A DNA stretch of 20,473 nucleotides from Amoeboradix gromovi X-113 (taxonomy: Eukaryota > Fungi > Sanchytriomycota). Of this stretch, positions 7,870 through 17,267 are shown piece after piece. The stretch's first letter is position 1; each line of letters opens with the position of its first letter. The position numbers were made by a program, and so were the translations under genes. The notes below the pieces were generated by a model. It ran no database searches. It was not told the origin of the DNA and saw only the letters and a program-made list of their open reading frames with translations. The stretch spans positions 1 through 20,473 of the forward strand of contig JADGIF010000099.1 of the NCBI GenBank assembly GCA_018985225.1, in the 5' to 3' direction.

Positions 7870-10800
7870 TTATGCATAAAACTTTTTGTTTATCAAATGA
7901 ATCAACAAATTAATATTACACTTCGCCATATCAAATAGCATCACCACGGTTTGTCCTTCAAACTGGCTCTGTAATAAATCGTCCAATCTTACCTGCTCCT
8001 TTTCTTGCACGACTACTATGCCTTTTATTGGACTGTAAGTGACCGATACATCAAATATACCTGCCTCATCACTACCAATCGCAATATCGATCTTATCATA
8101 CTGTTTTACACTCACTTCTGGATGATCTATACTTATCAAGACACCCTTTTCCTGCAACTGTTTAGCTGTGTACTTGTACGATCCAAATTGAGGCAACTTA
8201 CCATTCTCTTTGACCACTCTCTTCTGGTGGTAGTACTGTTTATTAAACATTCCTGGTTGTTTCTTGATCTTTTTATTCTGCATTCCGTGCAAGCAGCTGT
8301 CTATATAAGTCTTATAAGATTCTTGCTGCAATTGCAAATACTGCAGTTTGCTCTTTAAATGATCAATGGTTTCAGCAATCTTTTGGTATTCCAATTTTCT
8401 GTTATTTCTCTTGATATTTCGTTCCACTATGTCTTTGCTAAATTAGTATGAAGTACCCAATGGATGCTATAATTTCCTGATATCCATTCTTTTTACTGGT
8501 CTTACCTCTGGCTTCTAGTAAGTTTAAGTTTAATAGAATCAATTTCTGAATATCTTGCAAAGTACTGTGAGATATGCTAGCAACACTAGCAGAAACAGCG
8601 TTTGTAGACACAGTGTCTCTTCCTACTGTATTTACATTCGTCAGTTTACTATTTAACACAGCACTATCTTTGTCTAGCTTGTTCTGACTACCGATACTGT
8701 GATGCTGCTCTTTCAAAAACGACTCTTCGCTCTCTTTAGTCGGCTGTATATTCAGTAATTCGATAAGATTTCTGCTTTGACAATGCTGCATCACGATTAA
8801 TATTAATCTCTTGGTCTCTGTAAACAGTTGTTTTAGTTCAATCTCCACTGATTCATCATTATGTGGCATCAGATTACTCAACAATGCAAAGGACTGTTCT
8901 TTGCTCTTTTTGCTCAATACATCATCAATTGTTATGTTTTCAAGCGAGTCCAAGTCATTCAATAACGTGTAGATGTAATCATCTTTTTGCAAATGAATTT
9001 TATAATCCAGCAATAACTTGTGCAATCCTATGATTTCAGTAGGACTGATAAACAAACTAGGCTTCTTAACGAGTATAAAGTCACTATAGTGATCAATTTG
9101 AAAGTATTCTTGCAGTTCCACAACCTGACACGTCTGGCTGAGGAACGCTTGAAATTTGATGCTATTAGATGCAATATACGCACTAGCGCTGTTGGAACTG
9201 ACATTAGAACTATTAACACTTGAATCGCTGCTTCCTATACTGATTAGGTTGAGGAGTTTACTAATTTCTGATAAATTCTTACGTTGCTGGGTGGTTAATG
9301 AAACATCGCTGCTAATAACGTCAAACGCTTCTGGTGCGACGATAGCAGGGTTGATGTATCTAAAGAATATCAAATTACCTATAATGCGATTAATGTTCTC
9401 AATAGACTCGTTTGGGAACTTAGCCATCAACGAAGATTTGACTTTGTTAGCTATACACCTAATACCATACGGCATGCGGTGAACACTTGCAAATATAGAA
9501 CTCAAAAATAAAGAAGTCAATTCCTGAGTGTGGCGTTGCATGTTTTCATATTGCACTTTTATAACCGGATCTTGTAAGGCCTCATCTTTAGTGATATCCA
9601 TCTTTTTGCTACTCTTTTGACCTGTCTCCGTTTCTTCTTTAATTATCATCTTTTTGTATAAACTAATTGGATCATTATCCAGCTCCACATCGCTCTGGAA
9701 GACTTGCATGATAGGATCTTTAAGTATGGAGCTTAAAAATTGTCTATCCTTTGCGCCACGTATATAGTTTACGACCAATCGAACAAACTGAGGATTGCTT
9801 TTAATAAAATCACTCAATTCTGTAGTCTCGTTGATTTCCTTGTAGATAATCAAATTAAATAAACTCAGAAGCAAATACTCTTCACGAGGATGCTGCGCAT
9901 ACCCATAGACAGTGAGAATAGATTGCTCCACAAACTTCTTGATTGTTTCACTAGTCATTTGGCGCATTTCCAAAACTATATTACTAAGATAAAATGGATT
10001 AGTTTGAAGCATGTAAAGCAAATTCTGGTAAACCTCTTGTTTATGCCTACTGTCCTTGTCCATCAATTTAAATACCGAGTACATGTTGTTATTAGTGTCA
10101 ATAACTTGTTGATTTGCAGAAGTGCTAGTTAGCTGTATGTCCTCCAAGCTCATTCTATTCTTTACAATTAAAGCTACTTTTAAATCCAAGTCGTTTATCA
10201 TGGTCTCCATTGTAGAGATGTCACGAATATATTTCACCACAGATTGACGCAGATCGCTAGCTTCTAGCTCTTGCTGATAATCTAAATTGGTATTACCATG
10301 GTTAAACATTTCAATAGATTTGTATGTGGGTTTATTAAGCAGTTGGCGGTACAAATGTCGAGTATGGTGTGACTTCCACAAAGACTGGATTTTAACAATC
10401 TCATTAGATTTCAGCTTGTAATAGTTGGAATGACCAATATAGTTACGGCGACATTGAAATGACTTGATTCTGGCCTGAAATAGTATATAAACGGGCAAGA
10501 ATTGGATCAAATGCTGTTGAATTAACTTAAAACGCAAACGGACGACATAATGACGAAACAAAGATTGAAACTGAATTATAAAAGGTTGCTGAGCGCGATA
10601 GTGGTTCATTTGCTGTTTGAACTGATTGCGAACCAGTGCACCACGGAAGAAACGATGAAAATCCACAGAATTATCATCTGTGAAGTGGTTGATTAAATGC
10701 TGATTTGGATCCAAGTTCATTTCTTTAGCAACTGCAGCACCAGCATTGTTAAAATCTGGAAGATTTAGCTCTTCAATCTGTTTTTGAGTAGTTTCTAACT

Positions 10801-11338
10801 CTTCATTTGTGAACTGCAAATGACCACGAAGATCTTTAATTGCTGGAGCCAGTTTCTTGGCACTTAATAAGTGAGCCAACGCATGAATATTGTAGATGAC
10901 TTTGGGAATATTCTTTTTGTCATACAGATCAGTTAATTCAAAAACAAAAGCATCCGGAAGATCAATTGTTTTGCAAAATATGAAAAAGTAGTTGATGTTA
11001 TCAGAATGTCTGAATTGCAGTTTAGCATCTTCACCAAAAATACGTTTAACAATATCGGGTTTGAACTTTTTGGCCAATTTTGCTAAAACAACACCATTAC
11101 GGAGATGCTCATCCAACTCTACTACAGGAGGCAATTGCTGGTCAGAACAGGCTTCTATCCACTGTTTGGCTTCACCAATGTGACACAAGTACTCATAGGC
11201 TTTAATTTGTTTACGGTTCAAATCCATCCAATTTTTTTCATTCTGGGCTACGGCTACATCTACGTGCTCTTCCAAAACTAAATCGCGCTGTAAACGTAAG
11301 CGACCTTGAACAACTTCATCCATTTCAGAGGTGGACAT
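7870..11338 (-). CDS. IQG1: IQGAP (CH domain, IQ motifs, RasGAP-related domain, RasGAP_C), 1149 aa, two exons (11338-8457, 8437-7870)
   Basis: AYEYLCHIGEAKQWIE, LRNGVVLAKL, LQFRHSDNIN, FELTDLYDKKNIPKVIY, MPYGIR and FFRYINPAIVAPE motifs, plus C-terminal KYTAKQLQEKGVL and NINLLIHLINKKF. The two ORFs join in frame across a 19-nt intron. Confidence 0.95.
8438..8456 (-). other. 19-nt spliceosomal intron in IQGAP
   Basis: GTACTTCATACTAATTTAG with a CTAAT branch-like motif. Splicing gives YQEIIASIGKDIVERNIKRNNRKLE, colinear with the conserved IQGAP YQxxxNxIAxDI motif. Confidence 0.9.
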
Positions 11339-11966
11339 GTTAGGTGTTTCAAATTAATACGTCGTCTAGGAAAACAAGAAGAGCTTGTTTGTAAAGCCTG
11401 GCGAGTTGATTAAAAGATGCTCGCTAGCTAAAATAGAAGAAAAGGCGTCTGCAATGAGCGCATATTGTAACCCAAAATTAATTTTATTAACTAGCTTTTG
11501 GAACCTGCAATAATCGATTTTAATTACACAAACTTTTCATAGCAATAAGATGAGCTCTATAAATACGATAGTTTTTAAAAGAATTTCTTAAATAGTATAG
11601 TCTCTTCTCCTTATCTATGCCAAATGTCATCAAATCACCACTGCCAAGTGTCTCAATATTTATGACATCAATAGCATATTAAAAAATACGCTTTTATACA
11701 GGAGCTATCCAATTCTTCTCGGGCTCAGCACATAGGCTCCGGTAGCATCTAAAAGACGTCAAAGAGTTGTTTGGTATGCTCTCATTTTTCTCAAGAGAGC
11801 ATCATGTGTGTAATAGTCTCATGCAATATAAGCAAGAAGACAATACTGGGCAAGCCAGTACTTTGCCTAAGGAGTTCCAAGATCCTGGAACTGTAGAAGT
11901 CAATATAAATGGCCATTTAACATATTTCAATTTTATTTGTCACCTAAAATTCGGATGGCTCGAAAA

Positions 11967-12038
11967 TAGCGAGGGCAGGTTTTGATCCTGCGACTTTGAG
12001 GTTATGAGCCTCACGAACTTCCACTGTTCCACCTCGCT
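11967..12038 (-). tRNA. Initiator tRNA-Met (anticodon CAT)
   Basis: Minus strand: acceptor AGCGAGG/CCTCGCT with discriminator A (A1:U72). Anticodon arm TGAGG-CTCATAA-CCTCA. T loop ATCAAAA (A54/A60, eukaryotic initiator type). Followed by a TTTT Pol III terminator. Confidence 0.93.
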
Positions 12039-13553
12039 TACTTTGGATCGTTAACTAAATTTTACTAATTCTTATCAGTAACAGACCTGCGCTTTTTTTG
12101 CATGCTGAGAAAACTATTGAGTTTTGGTTTCAATAGTTTTGGTATCCTTCTTCTCCAGGTCATGCTCCACGAAACGTCATTGTCATTCTTGTCATTTGTA
12201 GATACTTATGAATGCTATCATGAACAAAAGAAACATTGCTTTTTTGTCTCGACTTTTTTTTAAAGTTGTAAAACTAGCGTAAACTACATTAAACGACTAT
12301 TGACTTAATTTTACTTAGCTTCTCACATCGTGTTATCTTGAAGGAATTAATTTTGAAGATTTACTAATCATAGTTCAAGTTTTAATAATTCAGACTGATG
12401 CAAACTCCCAAAACTTATTCATTTCGGTAAAAAACTTAGAATACCCAAGTGATAACTCAGGCAGATAAATAACTTTTTATCCGTAAAAGTATTATTTAAA
12501 ATGATCAAGATTTCACAAAAATGTTCGAAAACAGAACCAGAAATCTAACTAGTAGTGCATCACTTCTACTGCTCTGTAGAATATGAAGTAAACCTTATAA
12601 TAAGGCACATTCAGAAATGTGTTTGAATAGTTCCATTTTAATTTACCTTAAAAGTCAGCAACATAAAAATAACTCGCCGTATATCAGTCAATTAAGGTTT
12701 ATTAGTGGTACTAGTTTGCATGTTTCTCATTAATTTTGTCAAACTCATCTTTTCTCAGTGAATGATTGAACAATTCACCGTCAATCTTGTAGCTACTGAC
12801 AAGTCCAAGGCATGTATCGACCACTTCCCATTCTTTGTCATCAAACTCGACTTTCTGTTGTCTGCAAAAGGTGTTCACCATTTCAAATGTGTAAGTACCG
12901 AGCAAGTGAGGAGCTTGAGTTTCTGTATACCTTGTTGATCATCAACTCCTTAAATCTATCCAAAGTGATCTTGGCATAGTCAGAAAAGGCAGTGATCAGA
13001 TGGCTGTCAGTTCTGCTGCCTGGTTCTCGGCAACTTTTCGCTCTCTTGAAGACTCTTCCAGAGTAAGACGCACAGGGTAGAAATTGCACTTGCCAGAAAA
13101 ACAAATCTGCAAATATGTTTGCCTCGATCATTTCATCCATTCTTTTTTAACATCGTCATGACTCTTTTATAGATCATCGCATTTTCTTTCGACTACATAA
13201 TGGCACTTGCAGATCATTATGATCATTTTGTAAGAAATCAAGTTTTTGTCTTACATCTTTAAGCCCAAATGCGTTTCTGAATTTGTGCACAAATTATGTG
13301 TGAATATCTAGCATCACAGTATCCAAAGTTGACTTTTTGTCAATTTCTTTCAACAAAGAGTCGCAGTCAGAAGGGATAGTGGAGTCCAGATTCTTAATAA
13401 GCCTAGCAACAGACAGCTCTATTTGGCGCTCCATTTTCATTCCTGATTTTATGTTCAAATAATCCACAACCATCTCTTTAAATTCTTGTAAACAAGAGGG
13501 CTTTAATGCAAGACTCTTTCTGAGGTACATTACTACTTGGCCATCATCTGGGT

Positions 13554-13680
13554 GTTGGAAGCCATGTACTTGGCTCCTCGTTAAAAGTCCTGATTTCCGA
13601 GAAAATCGAGAATTTCCACAGAGAAACTAATACTAGTTTCTCCGTTACAGTGATCGCTCACGCTTTCACTACCCTGAGGC
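13554..13680 (-). ncRNA. Putative Fanzor omegaRNA (scaffold ~13680-13574 plus guide from flank 13573-~13554)
   Basis: GNRA hairpin AGUGA-AA-GC-GUGA-GC-GA-UCACU (13670-13649) and 12-bp hairpin ACGGAGAAACUA-GUAU-UAGUUUCUCUGU (13645-13618), at the right end of the element. Confidence 0.62.
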
Positions 13681-14130
13681 GGGATTGAATAAGGATGCAT
13701 ATACTTGATGTACATGTTCCTTGCTGCCATATTGTCTCTATCTATTTCCAAATGACAATTTGTACATGTGTATGTTTCTAAATTGGTTTTCTTTAGAGTA
13801 CCACACCTTGTACATGTCTGACGAGTAAATGATTCATTACATTCGATTATCGTCTTTCCTCTTTGTTTTCACTTGAACTTCAAGCGTTCCTTGAATGCGT
13901 AATGGGACATGGTCGCCATACTTCTAGCTACCTTGCTCGACAAACTACTTATCATCTGGCTCGTATTGAACGATGGCAAGTAAATAAGATCGTACGTCTT
14001 TGTATACTGTACCTGAAAAGGAAGAATATCGAGTGTTTAAGCTATTAGAAAAATCTGGAAAAGTCTTGAAATGATACAAAAATATATACAAATTCGCGAT
14101 AAATGATTTGTTCAAGAAAATAGTCAAGCT
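13574..14130 (-). mobile_element. Non-autonomous IS607/Fanzor2-derived element, copy B
   Basis: Shares both ends with copy A. AG core at 14130-14129 and 13575-13574. Carries a ~140-codon Fanzor C-terminal remnant. Seamless removal restores the host ORF. Confidence 0.92.
13581..14003 (-). pseudogene. tnpB: C-terminal remnant of a Fanzor2 / IS607-type TnpB RNA-guided nuclease
   Basis: Manual translation: TKTYDLIYLPSFNTSQMISSLSSKVARSMATMSHYAFKERLKFK*KQRGKTIIECNESFTRQTCTRCGTLKKTNLETYTCTNCHLEIDRDNMAARNMYIK... It has a CxxC..CxxC Zn finger, RuvC-III DRD..AARN, Pro at the canonical RuvC-II Glu position and the alternative Glu in NESFT. One in-frame TGA at 13871-13869. No RuvC-I or N-terminal half. 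Confidence 0.9.
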
Positions 14131-14521
14131 GTTTCCTCTAGGGGTAGCTTTAGAAGATGTGCTTGATCGTTTCATTAAAGTGGTGTGGTCATAAGCTAAT
14201 ATAACTATGATAGCCCAAGATAATATATAGATGCCTATTATCCGCCCAAATTGTTGACTAAGCTGTAATCAATATATTTTTACAGATCAATTGCAATTAA
14301 TTATATAGTTTTTTTTTTGTATCTCAATGATCAGCAGGGATACTGTAAAGAAAAAGGTAGCGCAAATGATATGATTTCTCAGGTTCCTTATCTTCATGCG
14401 TTGAGATCTTGAGCACCGGTACACAAAATAGACTACTATTCTGGTTTTTATTGAAAGTAAAATCTTTTTAGAAGAGAACTAATCTTCAATCTAAATATTG
14501 TGGCTTGTCTCGTAAAGATAA

Positions 14522-16738
14522 ATGTTGGTTTTTTTAACCAGTCTGTTAGCCTTCACGTCTTCAGGCTCCAAAACATTACGCGTTTGCGTAAACTATCTAG
14601 AGAAGCCGAATTCGCAATCATTGCTTGAACTGGATACATTCGTAAATCAAGTTTATTTAAAAAATTTATCCTTCCCGGATACAAAAATCGCAATAATTCC
14701 TTTTGTTCAAAATTCTACGGGAAGCGTGAGAAATAAAATGGTTTTACTTGGTAAACTGTTTACTGATACGGATTGTGATGCAGTTATAGGTTCTGAAGAT
14801 CCTGCTAGTAGTGACACTGTGTTTATTAGTCATTATCTGCGTCAGAGCTCCAAACCGATATGCAGTTTAACATCAATAGATTTGGATAAGACTACAAGAT
14901 TGTTAATGAACAATTTGATATCTGTTGTACCATCTAGTAACTTGTTGACTGATAAAATAGCCAGTGTTATTGCGCAGTGGGGCGATTTTCAGATTATTTT
15001 AGATCCTTATTATGTTAGTTTGTTATCTGGTCTAGTTCCAGAAACTATCAATCAAATTGTGATTGATAGGAGTTCGATAAATTTCAAAAATGAGATTCAC
15101 AGTGCTGTATCAACTATAGCTGCCTCCAAGTCCAACTTGGTTCTTTATCTAGGAACAGAAGACGTGTTTTCTGCTATTTATGATGAAATTTTATTAACAT
15201 CCCCCTCTTTGATGGGCACAATTGAATGGGTGCTACTTTCAATGACTCCGATTGAGCTAAATTCGTATTGGAGGAATGTCTACATATTATATCCATTGAA
15301 TTCTGTTGATTCAGGTCGTCTTACTTGTCTAAAATCATATATTTCATTTTATGAGTATGTTGAACCAATCTTGGTGAATTCGAATTTCAATTCAGTCAAC
15401 ATTTCAAACATTAACAAGGTGAGATTTTCAGATTCTAGCAAATTCAATTCAATTGGAGATTTGGAGCGTGCTTGGCAGCTACTGAATACAGAAGATATCG
15501 CAACAATATCGGAAATAGAGATTAGAGACTTAAGATTAGAGAGGGGCACTACAATGTTCAACACGTATAAGCCCCAGTACATTGCTTTACTTTTTTTTTC
15601 CTTTTTTTTTGTGATTTTTACTGTGGTCGTGAGTGTCGTATTGCTGAGAAAAATAAGAGTTAAAAGAAGCGGAATTCTGGACATGGCTACATTGTTTGGC
15701 ATTGTCATGGGTAATTTGTATGTATTTGCATCTATTCCGAAGCCATCTGATTCCAACTGTCAGAGATCCATCTGGTACTTACCAATTGGATTGAGTATTG
15801 TATTGTCTACCATGATTACACGATCATATAGACTATACCGAATATTCGGAGGAGCAAAATTGCATTCTCAGAAATTGAATGACTCAAATTTGTTACTATC
15901 TGTGATAGGGATGGTATCAGTAAATGTTATTATTCTGCTTGTTTGGACGATTGCAGATCCAATGAAGCCGACTATAAATTATCAATATCTACAGTTGAGA
16001 TGTGATTCAGCATACAGTGGAGTATTTACAGGAATACTAGTGTTTTACAACGGTGTGCTGTTGATTGCAGCAGGATTGTTAGCTAATGGCACTCGCAAAA
16101 TTGTCAGTGAATATACAGAATCAACCCAGCTGGCATGGTCGGTGTACAACGTAGCATTATGGTCATTAATAAGTTTACCTATTCAGTTTTCTAATGGACT
16201 CGATCCATTATTGAGGCAAATGTTTAACTGCGTCATTGTTATGATAGCCATTAATACATTCACCGTTTTGCTTTATGGAAAAACATTGATAAAGACCAAA
16301 AATGAGCTCAATACAAGCCGCCCGAGCTCCACAGCAAGTGCCACCTCAACATTCCAGAAAATTGGGGTAGCAAACCTCGCAAACCAAGTGACTGCCAATA
16401 ACGATTCGAAATTATTCATTCATTTGGCGGATGTATGCGAGCCTGGGGTAGTTAACATGTACAGAAGATATTTGCTGATAATGAGCATCGAGGAGAAGTA
16501 CATAGATATATTTGAATTAATGAATGGGCAAGTGAATTTCAGTGGCAGAACTTTCAAACTGGATCTTTTGGAAAAGTTCAAAATTGAGGAAATGAAGAAT
16601 GGCGGAACTCATCTAACTATGGACCACATCCATTTGTATATATTATTTAATGGCGAAGAGTTGAACGCAAACTTTAAACAAACAATCAGACCTTTTGTAC
16701 AGATGAAGCAGAATGCGAACATGCAAGCTAAAATGTGA
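14522..16738 (+). CDS. Class C-like (GABA-B/7tm_3) GPCR with a periplasmic-binding-protein-like ectodomain, 738 aa
   Basis: Signal peptide, ectodomain motif CDAVIG, seven hydrophobic segments, and 7tm_3-like motifs C...WYLPIGLSIVLSTMITRSYRLYRIF and TRKI..EYTESTQLAWSVYN. Confidence 0.85.
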   Translation: MLVFLTSLLAFTSSGSKTLRVCVNYLEKPNSQSLLELDTFVNQVYLKNLSFPDTKIAIIPFVQNSTGSVRNKMVLLGKLFTDTDCDAVIGSEDPASSDTVFISHYLRQSSKPICSLTSIDLDKTTRLLMNNLISVVPSSNLLTDKIASVIAQWGDFQIILDPYYVSLLSGLVPETINQIVIDRSSINFKNEIHSAVSTIAASKSNLVLYLGTEDVFSAIYDEILLTSPSLMGTIEWVLLSMTPIELNSYWRNVYILYPLNSVDSGRLTCLKSYISFYEYVEPILVNSNFNSVNISNINKVRFSDSSKFNSIGDLERAWQLLNTEDIATISEIEIRDLRLERGTTMFNTYKPQYIALLFFSFFFVIFTVVVSVVLLRKIRVKRSGILDMATLFGIVMGNLYVFASIPKPSDSNCQRSIWYLPIGLSIVLSTMITRSYRLYRIFGGAKLHSQKLNDSNLLLSVIGMVSVNVIILLVWTIADPMKPTINYQYLQLRCDSAYSGVFTGILVFYNGVLLIAAGLLANGTRKIVSEYTESTQLAWSVYNVALWSLISLPIQFSNGLDPLLRQMFNCVIVMIAINTFTVLLYGKTLIKTKNELNTSRPSSTASATSTFQKIGVANLANQVTANNDSKLFIHLADVCEPGVVNMYRRYLLIMSIEEKYIDIFELMNGQVNFSGRTFKLDLLEKFKIEEMKNGGTHLTMDHIHLYILFNGEELNANFKQTIRPFVQMKQNANMQAKM

Positions 16739-17267
16739 ATAAATGATTAGCAGTTTAATACCTGTCATTTTAGTTTTTCAAAGGAGCCTAGGATAGATCT
16801 GGTAAAACTAACAAACATCTTAATTGTATAACTGATCAGCTAGAAAGCAAAATATTCTACCAACTGATGATTTAGACGACAATTACTTTTTTCAATTCAT
16901 TCTCTTCTTTTAAAACACTGGAGTAACAAGCAACAATGCTTGCAACGCTAGATTCTTGTTCTAGATAGTGCAATGACTTTCTGCTGTAACAGAACCGCCA
17001 CCAAAATACTAAACCACTCTTTATCAAGCTATCTGGTCTTCCCATATCTTGGGCTTTTCCATTACCATCGTATTCACAATCGTATCCGTTATTCCTGATA
17101 ACACAAAAACTCTATGCATAATTTGCACCGTTATCACGCTCCTGGGTCACATGGTTGTTTCACTTATCACTTTACTGTCTGATAAAACTAGCACCTATTT
17201 GGGGTAGCATTTACTGTATATTCTTCGCATTTTGCCATCCCCTTTTTCTCCCAGACTATCCTCCTTG

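Larger units (their letters stand above)
12711..14175 (-). pseudogene. Disrupted gene of unknown function, interrupted by Fanzor-element copy B and by further stops and frameshifts
   Basis: The ATG at 14175 joins in frame to ORF 13530-13294 once the element is removed. Further collinear fragments at 13140-12883 and 12905-12711 are separated by stops and frameshifts. Confidence 0.6.

Noticed and set aside
8005-11183. Several short ORFs within IQGAP (and similar ones inside the 190-963, Rheb, GPCR and GH35 genes)
   Set aside because: Shadow or antisense frames of well-supported genes.
11700-11900. Cluster of short hairpins (ATGCTCTC/GAGAGCAT, TACTGG/CCAGTA, AGTTCCA/TGGAACT) and ORF 11767-11985
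   Set aside because: No match to any RNA family I recognise, 6-8 bp stems can occur by chance, and the ORF has a TTG start and runs into the tRNA.
12711-13300. Stop-codon reassignment or tiny introns as the explanation for the broken ORFs
   Set aside because: Conserved genes here end normally at TAA or TGA with no internal stops, and no 19-nt GT-AG segments cover these stops. Pseudogenisation is simpler.
13574-14012. Idea that copy B is removed as a spliceosomal intron or is an IStron
   Set aside because: The element starts CTTGAC, not GT. Splicing from the internal CAG|GTACAG to the terminal AG shifts the frame and hits TAG. No group I intron core was recognised.
13863-14175. ORFs 13863-14048 (+) and 13945-14175 (-) as standalone genes
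   Set aside because: The first is antisense to the Fanzor remnant. The second is the host gene's first 16 codons reading into the element's left end.
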